A stretch of DNA of 64,000 nt from Polyangiaceae bacterium (GTDB lineage: Bacteria; Myxococcota_A; Polyangia; Polyangiales; Polyangiaceae), in contig JBNKBE010000001.1 of assembly GCA_050287085.1 (NCBI GenBank), positions 288,001-352,000 of the forward strand, in the 5' to 3' direction. The number at the start of each line of letters is the position of its first letter. Position 1 is the first letter of the stretch. The notes below the pieces were generated by a model, which made no database searches, was not told the origin of the DNA, and saw only the letters and a program-made list of their open reading frames with translations. The translations under genes were made by a program, and so were the position numbers. Shown piece after piece: positions 39,211 to 48,058 of this stretch.

Positions 39211-41319
39211 ATGCAACCGGGAGAGAAATTCAGCGAATACACGATCATCCGAGCGCTGGGGCGGGGTGGTCAGGGTGCCGTCTACGAGGTGGAAGACGCC
39301 GTAGGACTGCGCTGGGCGCTCAAGCTCAGTCACGCCTTGGAGCTGGGAGCCGCTGACGTCATGGAGCGCTTCTCGCGCGAAGCGCGCTGGGTCAGTCAGA
39401 AGCTCCACGCACTCCCAAGGGATAGCGGCATTTTCGTGGGCGAGCACTACGGCATCATAGAGCGGCGCTTCTACGTCAAGATGCGTCTACTGCGCGGCGA
39501 AAACCTGGGACAGCTCTTGCGGCGCGAGGGTCAGCTCGCTCCTCAGCGGGCGCTGCTGCTCGGCAGTCGCATCGCCAAGGCCATCGGCACGGCCCACCTA
39601 GCCAACGCCGTACATCGAGATCTGAAACCGGAAAACGTCTTCGTCGAGTGCGACGGGACCGTACAGGTCCTGGATTGGGGCTGCCTGCAGGTCCTGGAAG
39701 CAGGGCATCTGGGCTCCACACAGGCTTGCGGACCGCTCTGCACCCCCGGCTACGCCGCCCTCGAACAATTCCTACTCCCCCGGCGCCCACTGGGACGAGC
39801 CACCGACGTCTATTCACTGGGGGTCATGCTGTATGAAATGCTGACCGGGCGCCATCCCTTCCTGGGTTGGAGTCGCCAACACCACACTCCAAGCACTGCT
39901 CCCCCCGTGTCGCCTGGACCTGAAACGGGCAAGCTCAGCGCAGACAATGCGGGCCGCGGTTCGAAGCTCGATCCCTTCGGCCCCACCGGAAGCCCTTTGG
40001 AGTCCTCGACGCGCCGAGACCTGCCTGCCCAACGCCGCGCGAATGGCCACCGCTCCCACTATCCCTCGATGGCCGTTCCCTTGGATGCCCTGTCCACGGT
40101 CGCAGGCATCCCACTACCGCTGCGAGAGACGACCCCGGGAAGCCCAGATGCGGGCACCGTGCCCAGCGTTCCGAGTAGCACCGCAGTGACCAGCACCGCA
40201 GTGACCAGCACCGCAGTGACCAGCACCGCAGTGACCAGCACCGCGCCCGAAGCCCCACGACTCGACAGCACGACAAGCGACAGCACAAGAACCGTTCCGC
40301 ACCGGCTCAGCGCTCAGCTCGGCACCGAGCGGCTCCCTGAGGACTTCGGCGAGAGTGTAGCCACCCGTACGCTTCTGCCCAGGGCTGACGCGCCAAGGCC
40401 AAAGCGTTTAGCGGCAGCCCGCCAAGGCCCAGCCCCAAACGACAACACGTCCGCTCCGGTCGAGCTGGCAGCCGACATTAACCTGAAACCGTCCAAGATG
40501 AGCGTTGCCGACATCGTGCAACGACAACGGAACGTGTCGCCCGCTCGGATCGACGCTGTTTCAGAGCCACTTTGGCGGCTGATCGCGTCGATGTTGAGCC
40601 ACGATCCAAGCTCACGCCCTCAAGACGCGCTTGGCATTGCCGATGCGCTCGACCAGGAACTGGCGCGGCTGGGAGCCTCGCCAGGCCCCGCCCCGGCTCA
40701 AGTCGCAACAACCCCACCCCCCGATGCCGCTTCGACGGCGTCACCGGGGAAGACCGCTTCCCACTGGCATATTCCGCTGGTCGCCATCGCTGCGGCCGGA
40801 GCGATGGCGTTGTTCACCTACCACCACTATGCACCGGATGCAGAGCCCGTCACAGTGCCCTTGTCCGCGGCGTCCACAGCGCCAGTAGCGCGTTCCGGCG
40901 GCGACAACCCGCGGGCGGGACGCGCAAACGCGGAGCCGGCAAGCCCAGCCTCTACGGCGCTGCATGCGCTGAAGCCCAAAGGGCCAGAGCTCGAAACCGG
41001 GAAGCTCGAAACCGGGAAGCTCGAAGCGCTGCCCCCAAACCTCGGTGCAGGGCCGCAGCGGCGTCCGGCACGCTCAACGTCCGCGCCGGGAGCGCGCGCG
41101 GCGACGACTTCAGGCCCCCTTGCAGTCGAAACCCGTCCCGAGACCACAAGCCCCTCCCGCCCGCCCCGAGCCAGCTCTGCGCCTCCCAGGAGCCGGCGCA
41201 CCCCGGCGATCTCAGCAGGCTTGCCCACGCCGCCAAGAGCCGTCACAACACAAGAGCCTGTCCCGGGGCGCACGCCGTGGATCGATCCGCGATCCACCAC
41301 GGGGCGAAAGAAACCGTGA
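39211..41319 (+). CDS. Hanks-type Ser/Thr protein kinase, single-pass membrane, with a large insertion in the C-lobe
   Basis: GRGGQGAV, ALK, HRDLKPENV, DWG, TPGYAALEQ, DVYSLGVMLYEMLTG; subdomain XI DPSSRP displaced by about 210 aa. Confidence 0.88.
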   Translation: MQPGEKFSEYTIIRALGRGGQGAVYEVEDAVGLRWALKLSHALELGAADVMERFSREARWVSQKLHALPRDSGIFVGEHYGIIERRFYVKMRLLRGENLGQLLRREGQLAPQRALLLGSRIAKAIGTAHLANAVHRDLKPENVFVECDGTVQVLDWGCLQVLEAGHLGSTQACGPLCTPGYAALEQFLLPRRPLGRATDVYSLGVMLYEMLTGRHPFLGWSRQHHTPSTAPPVSPGPETGKLSADNAGRGSKLDPFGPTGSPLESSTRRDLPAQRRANGHRSHYPSMAVPLDALSTVAGIPLPLRETTPGSPDAGTVPSVPSSTAVTSTAVTSTAVTSTAVTSTAPEAPRLDSTTSDSTRTVPHRLSAQLGTERLPEDFGESVATRTLLPRADAPRPKRLAAARQGPAPNDNTSAPVELAADINLKPSKMSVADIVQRQRNVSPARIDAVSEPLWRLIASMLSHDPSSRPQDALGIADALDQELARLGASPGPAPAQVATTPPPDAASTASPGKTASHWHIPLVAIAAAGAMALFTYHHYAPDAEPVTVPLSAASTAPVARSGGDNPRAGRANAEPASPASTALHALKPKGPELETGKLETGKLEALPPNLGAGPQRRPARSTSAPGARAATTSGPLAVETRPETTSPSRPPRASSAPPRSRRTPAISAGLPTPPRAVTTQEPVPGRTPWIDPRSTTGRKKP
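40177..40244 (+). repeat. 15-bp tandem repeat AGCACCGCAGTGACC x4.5 (STAVT)
   Basis: Direct reading. Confidence 0.95.
40988..41025 (+). repeat. 15-bp tandem repeat (LETGK x2.5)
   Basis: AGCTCGAAACCGGGA repeated. Confidence 0.9.
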
Positions 41320-42104
41320 ACCAGAGAAGGAGACATAGCTCAGCGCCCCCTTCGGGGCCTTCCCCAGAAGAGCTTTTCTTTGGCTCCGGCGATAACCTTC
41401 CGGGCGACGACCTATTCGAGGAAGACGACGATCCCGAAACACTGGCAGCCGAGGAGGCGTTCTTTGGTGCGGAGCGACCGCTCAGCGTTCGCCCGTCGCG
41501 GCGCGTCACCTCGGACGCCAGCGCAGATAGGCCCGCGGCGACCAAGCCGGCTTCGGGTAACCCGGCAGCAAAGGACGACCCTTATCCTCGGAGTGTCTCG
41601 CAGGGCCGGGCGTCGCGAAGCCCCGCGCCACGGCGCGGCAGCCGATGGCTCGCAACCGGGGCCGCGACCACCCTACTCGTCGCCGCGTACGTGCTCGATC
41701 CACTGAAGCTGCGCCCAACTGCGGCTCCTACGCCCCCCTTGTCCACTCAAGACCTCAAGCGGAGCGCAAGTCCGAAGACTGAGAGCGCCGGAGCCGCCGC
41801 GCCGCCCCAGCCAGCGTTGCTCGGAGGAGCTCAACCCTCTTCCCCGACAGACTCGAGCGCATTCGAGCCGCGCCCTGAGCCCAACTCGCTCTCCGCCCCT
41901 GCACCCAGCGTGATGGGCAACTCCAGCGGAGGCCCGGCGGAACACACGGCGCGGGGCGCTATGGTCCGCGGCGCCCCACAAGCTCTCTCCGCGACGCCTC
42001 CGCGCCCCAGCACCAGGCCCCCTGCCGGCCCCCGCAACGCAACGGCAGCGCCGCTCGTTCCCGCGACGGCAAGCGTGCCACAACCCCAAATCAGAACACA
42101 ATAG
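41316..42104 (+). CDS. Hypothetical single-pass membrane protein, acidic N-terminus, Pro/Ala-rich tail
   Basis: GTGA overlap with kinase stop; DDLFEEDDDPE; TM WLATGAATTLLVAAYVL. Confidence 0.55.
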   Translation: MNQRRRHSSAPPSGPSPEELFFGSGDNLPGDDLFEEDDDPETLAAEEAFFGAERPLSVRPSRRVTSDASADRPAATKPASGNPAAKDDPYPRSVSQGRASRSPAPRRGSRWLATGAATTLLVAAYVLDPLKLRPTAAPTPPLSTQDLKRSASPKTESAGAAAPPQPALLGGAQPSSPTDSSAFEPRPEPNSLSAPAPSVMGNSSGGPAEHTARGAMVRGAPQALSATPPRPSTRPPAGPRNATAAPLVPATASVPQPQIRTQ

Positions 42105-42115
42105 CCGGGCGGCCA

Positions 42116-43591
42116 TCAGCTCTTGGCGCGCGCCCGTAGCAGGCCCCTCACGGCCCGGACCAGCCCATCGTATTCTTGCGAGCGAAGCCAACGCAGGAGC
42201 GCCCAATAGCTCGCGCAACCCGCCGTCAATGCAAGCCCCAATCGCAGAGGTGGGCGGAGTGGTGCCCCAAACACTGCGTCAAGCCCGATGCCGCATGTAT
42301 AGGTAACGCCAAACGCAACAGCCTGATCGAATAGGGCTCCTACGAGCACGCGGTAAGTACCGCGCATCGCCACCCCGCAGTAGCGCTCCGTAAGCCAAAG
42401 ATGGGGGATCAGGAGCGCCCCGCTGGCCACCACATACCCCGTCGCAACGCCGAGGGGGCCTCCTTTCCAAGCGCCCAGCAAGAAGCCCGCGAGCACGCAG
42501 CCGCTGCTGACCAACGACAGCCAAAGCAGTCCGCGGGTCTTGCCGAGCCCTAGCCAGACACTGCCCAGCGTGGAGCCCACGAGTTGGAGGCTTGCTAGGA
42601 GTAAGAAAAGTCGGAAAAATGGAATCGCGGGCTCCCAGTGTGCACCAAAGACCCACGGAACCCAAAGCTGACACACAGCGGCGAGCACCACGGGAATGGG
42701 CGAGAAGACGCGCGCAACGGTCCCCAGTAGTTCCGCGATACGAGCGTCGCGCTCTGCAACGGCTATGTCGCGCCGCCCTGCCAGCACGATCAGCGGAGGC
42801 GATAGGGCCTGCGATAACAACATGACGGGCCGCCGCAAGAACGAGTAGGCAAAGGCATAGTGTCCCAAGGCTGCAGCGCCAAAGAGTCGCCCCACGATCC
42901 AGTCGTCCGCATTGCGCACCAGGTGATTGAGCACCCTCACGCCCAGCACGTCGCTTCCCTCGCCCCGATGCCGTCCGAGCGAAGCCATCCGCCATGAGAT
43001 GCGCGGCCAACGTCCGAGCAACCCCCACCCCCCAAGCCCCCCCACTAGCGGCCCAACGAGGAGCGGCAACACAAGCGACCACAAGCCAGCTCCGCGCCAC
43101 AGCATCACCAGCGTGACGCCGCTTTGAAGCAGCTGTTGTACAAGAGCCAAGACGGCCAGGCTTCGAAACGCCCTCCGGTGCTGTAGCTCCGCTTGCGGCA
43201 GCACTCCGAAGGCGCCGATCACCAGGGATAGCGCCGCAACGCGCAGGGGCGTTGCCAAGAGCGGCGTCGCAAAATAAGTCTCGAGCCAAGGCGCGGCTAG
43301 CGCCAGCACTCCAGTCAGCCCCAACCCCAACAAGAAGACCAACGACTGCGCCGCCGCCAACTCATCCTGGCGCCCAAGGCGACCGCTGGCGATGGCTGTG
43401 CTCAGCCCCGGCTCGCGAAGAATCTGAAGCATCCCCAGCGCCCACACGATCAGGGCGTAGGCCCCGTAGGGCTCTGGTCCGAGCTGTCGAGCCGCTATGA
43501 CCCCCGTGCCCAACGCGACCAGCTGCCCCAGGACGGATAGGACAAACAGCCAAGCCGCGCCCCGGGCAAACTCCGACGCGGAGTCGTTCAC
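42116..43591 (-). CDS. wzx: Wzx-type oligosaccharide flippase
   Basis: ARQLGPEPYG, many TM helices, NADDWIVGRLFGAAALGHYAFAY, VFGAHWEPAIP. Confidence 0.88.
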   Translation of the reverse strand: MNDSASEFARGAAWLFVLSVLGQLVALGTGVIAARQLGPEPYGAYALIVWALGMLQILREPGLSTAIASGRLGRQDELAAAQSLVFLLGLGLTGVLALAAPWLETYFATPLLATPLRVAALSLVIGAFGVLPQAELQHRRAFRSLAVLALVQQLLQSGVTLVMLWRGAGLWSLVLPLLVGPLVGGLGGWGLLGRWPRISWRMASLGRHRGEGSDVLGVRVLNHLVRNADDWIVGRLFGAAALGHYAFAYSFLRRPVMLLSQALSPPLIVLAGRRDIAVAERDARIAELLGTVARVFSPIPVVLAAVCQLWVPWVFGAHWEPAIPFFRLFLLLASLQLVGSTLGSVWLGLGKTRGLLWLSLVSSGCVLAGFLLGAWKGGPLGVATGYVVASGALLIPHLWLTERYCGVAMRGTYRVLVGALFDQAVAFGVTYTCGIGLDAVFGAPLRPPLRLGLALTAGCASYWALLRWLRSQEYDGLVRAVRGLLRARAKS

Positions 43592-44715
43592 TAGCTCCCC
43601 CCAACGCGGCGTGCCACCCGGGCATAGTGTAGCTCGCGCTCCAGCCGAACGATGGAAGCGGCGTGGCGTGACATCACGCGTCGACGAGCCTGTGAAGCCA
43701 GTCGTTGCAGCCAAGCGCGGTCGCGATCCAGTCTGCAGAGCACCTCTCCCAACACCTCAGGTGGCGCCGCTTCGTCGACCAAGACTCCACTCTCGCCATC
43801 GGCAACGGCAAAAGGAATATCCGCATGAGTCGTCGCCAACACCGGTAGCCCGGCTGCTTGAGCCTCAATCAAAACGGTGGGGTGCCCCCCCTCGGTATCG
43901 CCGTCGCTGGCCGTTTGACTCGGTTGCAGAAGAAGATGCCGTCCGGCATACAAACTCGGCAAGTCGCTGGCCGGAAGCGCGCCGCGAAACCGCACCTCGG
44001 CATCCAGCTCAAGCTTACGAGCCAGCCCTCGCAGCTCCGCGTCGAGCGGCCCATCGCCAACCAGGTCAAGCTCCACTTTGGCACCTTGGGCCCTCGCCCA
44101 GGCCACGGCCCGGAGCGAACGCTCGACGCCCTTCTTTTCAACAAAACGAGCAACCTGAAGAACGCGCAGCGACCCCTCGGCAAAGTCGAGCTCGCGCCGC
44201 GGTGGATCGTCAGCCCAGGCTGGCAGCGCTAGAGCTACGATCTGCACGCGGGCCTTGGGCGCTCCCAACGCAATCACCCGCGCTCGGGCCGCAGGGCCCT
44301 CTACGAATATGGCCGATGCCCAGCCAAACAACGTCCGGTAACGCGCTCGCAGCGCTTCGTGAGACCCGACGCCCAAGTCATGTCCGTAGAAGGAAACGAT
44401 CAACGGCAGTCTCAGCGCGCGACAATGTGGCGCCACCGACCGTCCCACATTGCCAAAGTGGGCGTGGACCAGAGCAGGGCGCATCCGCGCCAGTAGCCCA
44501 AACACGCGCCCGTGTCGCTCCCACCTGGCGAGCGCCGGGCGACGTGCGCGCGAGGTGATAACATGTTCGAATACCGGCGCCGCGACGCGACCGGGCGCCG
44601 CTCCCCAGCGCACCAGCTCGCTGTCAAATCGGTCTCCCACGAGCTGACGTTCGACGAAGGTCTCGGTGGGTCCAACCCCAAGAGCCACTACGTGAAGGAC
44701 CAAGGGCAGCGCCAT
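43591..44715 (-). CDS. Glycosyltransferase family 4 (WcaL-like)
   Basis: TETFV, VHAHFG, SFYGHD, VARFVEKKG, PSQTASDGDTEGGHPTVLIEAQA. Confidence 0.9.
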   Translation of the reverse strand: MALPLVLHVVALGVGPTETFVERQLVGDRFDSELVRWGAAPGRVAAPVFEHVITSRARRPALARWERHGRVFGLLARMRPALVHAHFGNVGRSVAPHCRALRLPLIVSFYGHDLGVGSHEALRARYRTLFGWASAIFVEGPAARARVIALGAPKARVQIVALALPAWADDPPRRELDFAEGSLRVLQVARFVEKKGVERSLRAVAWARAQGAKVELDLVGDGPLDAELRGLARKLELDAEVRFRGALPASDLPSLYAGRHLLLQPSQTASDGDTEGGHPTVLIEAQAAGLPVLATTHADIPFAVADGESGVLVDEAAPPEVLGEVLCRLDRDRAWLQRLASQARRRVMSRHAASIVRLERELHYARVARRVGGS

Positions 44716-45009
44716 GCCGCGACGCTATCAGTCCCAGCGTGGAGAGGCGAAAACATGCGCACTGGGCCCGCACGGGGCGCTGCGGGCACCTCCCGCCGCC
44801 GACTCCAAGGCCGACAAGCCACGCGGGTTCCTGGGCCTCCATCGGCCTTTTCGCGATGCCCCGGGCGCGCCAGTTGGGGCGCGATGGGCGGGGCGCTTCT
44901 GCGACCTCGACTCGGGCCAGCGGAGTCCCCCGACAATCCGCTGATCTGGTACGCAGTTGAGCTAGGATGGGCATGCTGCGGGCAGCTTGCCCCACGCTCG
45001 AGGAACTGG

Positions 45010-46164
45010 ATGCCAGAGGATCCCTACATCGTTTTTGGTCGCCCCACGCTGGGCGACGCAGAGATCGCCGCCATCACCCGAACCCTGCAAAGCGGCTGGG
45101 TCGGAACGGGACCGCAAGTCCACGCTTTCGAGGCTGCGTTCGCCGAAGAACTTGGCTGCGCCCACGCGGTTGCCGTCAGCTCGTGCACGGCGGCGTTGCA
45201 TCTATCGCTGATCGCCCTTGGCTTGCAGCCTGGGGATGAGGTGATCACCACTCCGCTCACCTTCGCCGCAACCGCCAACGCGATCGTCCACGCGGGCGCG
45301 ACACCCGTATTTGCAGACGTCGATCCGGCCACGGGCAACCTCGATCCGCTGGCGGTGGAGAAGGCCATCGGTCCGCGGACACGGGCGCTCCTGCCCGTCC
45401 ACATGTACGGCCGCCCCTGCGACCTGACCGTGCTCTCTGAACTCGCCAGGCAACACCAACTGGCTCTTATCGAAGATGCCGCCCACGCCATCGAAACGGA
45501 GTGGCAAGGCAAGCGCTGTGGGCACTTCGGAGACGCCGCCTGTTTCAGTTTCTACGTGACCAAGAACATCACCACCGTAGAAGGGGGGATGTTGCTCACG
45601 AACCGAGCCGAGCTGGCCGAAAAGGCTCGGGTACTTGCCCTCCACGGACTCAGCGCCGACGCCTGGGCGCGCTTCAGCGACAACGGCTACCGCCACTACG
45701 ACGTCGTCTACAGCGGCTTCAAGTACAACATGACCGACATGCAGGCCTCCCTTGGCCTTGTGCAGTTGCAACGGCTGCACGAGTGGCACGAGCGCCGCAG
45801 TCGAATCTGGCGCCACTACGACGCTGCATTCTCTGCGCTAGCGGTCAAACGCCCAGCCTCCGAACAGGCCAACACGCGACACGCAAGGCATCTGTACACT
45901 CTGGAACTCGACCCCGAGCGCAGCCCACTCGCTCGCGATCCGTTTCTGCTCGCCATGCACGCGCAGCGCATCGGGACCGGGGTACACTACCGCGCGCTGC
46001 ATTCTCAGCCTTTCTACCGCGATCGCTATGGCCTCCAAGCCGGTGACTTTCCGAACGCTCAGCGCATTGGCGAACGCACCGTCAGCCTGCCGCTCACGGC
46101 CTCGCTGACGGACGCTGAAGTCGAACGGATCACAAGCACCGTCTGCCGTCTGCTGAGCTCCTGA
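45010..46164 (+). CDS. DegT/DnrJ/EryC1/StrS PLP-dependent sugar aminotransferase
   Basis: SSCTAALHL, EDAAHA, SFYVTKNITTVEGG, GFKYNMTD. Confidence 0.93.
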   Translation: MPEDPYIVFGRPTLGDAEIAAITRTLQSGWVGTGPQVHAFEAAFAEELGCAHAVAVSSCTAALHLSLIALGLQPGDEVITTPLTFAATANAIVHAGATPVFADVDPATGNLDPLAVEKAIGPRTRALLPVHMYGRPCDLTVLSELARQHQLALIEDAAHAIETEWQGKRCGHFGDAACFSFYVTKNITTVEGGMLLTNRAELAEKARVLALHGLSADAWARFSDNGYRHYDVVYSGFKYNMTDMQASLGLVQLQRLHEWHERRSRIWRHYDAAFSALAVKRPASEQANTRHARHLYTLELDPERSPLARDPFLLAMHAQRIGTGVHYRALHSQPFYRDRYGLQAGDFPNAQRIGERTVSLPLTASLTDAEVERITSTVCRLLSS

Positions 46165-46190
46165 GCGACCAGAGCCGCCAGGAGCCAGCG

Positions 46191-46212
46191 CGGAGCCGCT
46201 TCTTCGGCTCCG
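46191..46212 (+). terminator. GC hairpin downstream of DegT gene
   Basis: CGGAGCCG-CTTCTT-CGGCTCCG perfect 8-bp stem; no U-tract. Confidence 0.3.
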
Positions 46213-46534
46213 GCCTCCCGCTCTGCCCCTCGGCTCCCGGTGGGCGCCCCCGTTCGATGGGCGCAAAACAAGGGCCAAGACGGTCTCTTGAGCCGGGCCG
46301 GGGGTGAGCGTTTTCATCGCACTCTTGCCTCTTGCCCACATCGTCCCCCGTTCCGAATGAGACGTCTGCGATCCCGCGAAGAGCGCATCGTCGGAGCTGG
46401 TGCGTGAAATCCTCCAGCTAGAGTGCAGCGGCGTGATCGCTCCAGGTATCGCGAAAAAGTTTCTCCGGATGCAGGTCGACACCTCGCGGGGGGTGCCGCA
46501 GAGTCATGGCAAGCGCAGGAGCGCCCTGATAGCT

Positions 46535-48058
46535 ATGCACATCAAGAACAATACTCGATTGCTTCGCGCGCAGAAAAACGTGCAGCGACGCGTCTTCCTC
46601 AAGGCGATGGGCCTCGGCTTGTCGCTGCCGGTTGCTGTCCAGCTGGGTCGCTACGCGACCGCCCAAGGCACGGGTCCGCTGAAGCGAATGCTGGTGGTGT
46701 TCCTGCCCCACGGCATACCGGGAGAGCACTACAGCCCGCGGGTCGACGCGAGCGGCGACTTCACGCTGAACGACTCCAATCTGAGCATCTTGGGACCGCT
46801 CGAACCCTACAAGAAGCTCGTCAACGTCTACGAAGGCCTCTACTACCCGGGTGAGGCCCAAACCCACAGCGGCGTAGTCAACTTCCTTTCGGGGATCGAA
46901 GAAGTGGACGTGACCACCCCGCGCACCACGGTAGAGCACGTGATCGGCAACGCGCTCGGTACCAAGCCACTGATCTTGGGCGCCTGTGCCCACCCAGCCT
47001 ACGGCATCGACGACAACTCCAAGCTGTTCTGGAACGAAACCTTCATCGAACCAGAAAAGGATCCGTCGGTGGTTGCTGACCGGCTATTTGCCGGCCTGGG
47101 CGACGACGCGGCGACGGCGGAGCCGGGCGCCGTCAACCCGGAGCTCAAGCTGCGAAGCGAACTGATGGGGCTAACGCGTGCCGAGGTCGCCGAGCTGAAG
47201 AGCGAAGTCAAAGGACTGACTCGCGAAGAAACCAAACTCCAGACGCACCTCGACGCCGTCGCCTCTCTGCAACAAGCCGCGGACAAGGCGGCTGACCCGA
47301 ACCAAGTTTCAACGGTCAGTTGCACCAGCAAGCCGTCGCTTCCCACCGTGGAAAAGGTGCGTGCGGCCAGTGCCGGTCAAGTGATCGACTCGAGCGGCGG
47401 CAACGACTACTTCTATCAGGAATCCAACTTCCCGCTGCTGTATGAGGCTCAGCTCGAGCTTGCCACGCAGGCGTTGATCTGCGGCGCCGCTCCCATCATC
47501 GGGGTGCAAGGCATGTACACTACCTGCGACTTCGACTTCGGTTTCGCGGGCGCTAGCGGCTCCCACCACAACACCTTATCCCATACCCAAGGGAGCGCAG
47601 CTTCCGGTGCCCAATGGGACTCCCCGATAAGCCTCGAAAACTACTCCCCCGATGCCCGCGTGGGCTTCGCCAAAGCACAGCTCTGGTTCAGCAACATGTT
47701 GGTCGACAAAGTGGTGAGCGTACTGGCCGCCACCGACGATCCGTCGGCTCCCGGTAGCAGCGTCTTGGACAACACGCTCATCTATTGGATGAGTGAGATT
47801 GGCGACGGTGCCAACCACGAACGAGGCAGCGTGGTGATGTACCCCCAGTTTCCCGCGCACTTGCCGTTGGTGACGATCGGTGGCGCAGCGGGCGGGCTCA
47901 AGACCGGTCAGGTGGTCTCCTTTCCTATCGGCGAGAAGATGGATCCACCTATCGGGCGCCCCGCCTCGGACCTCTACCTCACTCTGGCCCATGCCATGGG
48001 CGCTTCCAACGTCTCCTTCCCCGGTACCACGGGTGTCATCGGCGAGGCGCTAGCATGA
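46535..48058 (+). CDS. DUF1552 domain protein with Tat signal
   Basis: VQRRVFLKAMG twin-Arg, VFLPHG, HHNTLSH, SVLDNTLIYWMSEIGDG. Confidence 0.85.
   Translation: MHIKNNTRLLRAQKNVQRRVFLKAMGLGLSLPVAVQLGRYATAQGTGPLKRMLVVFLPHGIPGEHYSPRVDASGDFTLNDSNLSILGPLEPYKKLVNVYEGLYYPGEAQTHSGVVNFLSGIEEVDVTTPRTTVEHVIGNALGTKPLILGACAHPAYGIDDNSKLFWNETFIEPEKDPSVVADRLFAGLGDDAATAEPGAVNPELKLRSELMGLTRAEVAELKSEVKGLTREETKLQTHLDAVASLQQAADKAADPNQVSTVSCTSKPSLPTVEKVRAASAGQVIDSSGGNDYFYQESNFPLLYEAQLELATQALICGAAPIIGVQGMYTTCDFDFGFAGASGSHHNTLSHTQGSAASGAQWDSPISLENYSPDARVGFAKAQLWFSNMLVDKVVSVLAATDDPSAPGSSVLDNTLIYWMSEIGDGANHERGSVVMYPQFPAHLPLVTIGGAAGGLKTGQVVSFPIGEKMDPPIGRPASDLYLTLAHAMGASNVSFPGTTGVIGEALA

Noticed and set aside
39865..40497. 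Intein in the kinase
   Set aside because: No recognisable intein N-terminal block or terminal His-Asn; sequence is low-complexity
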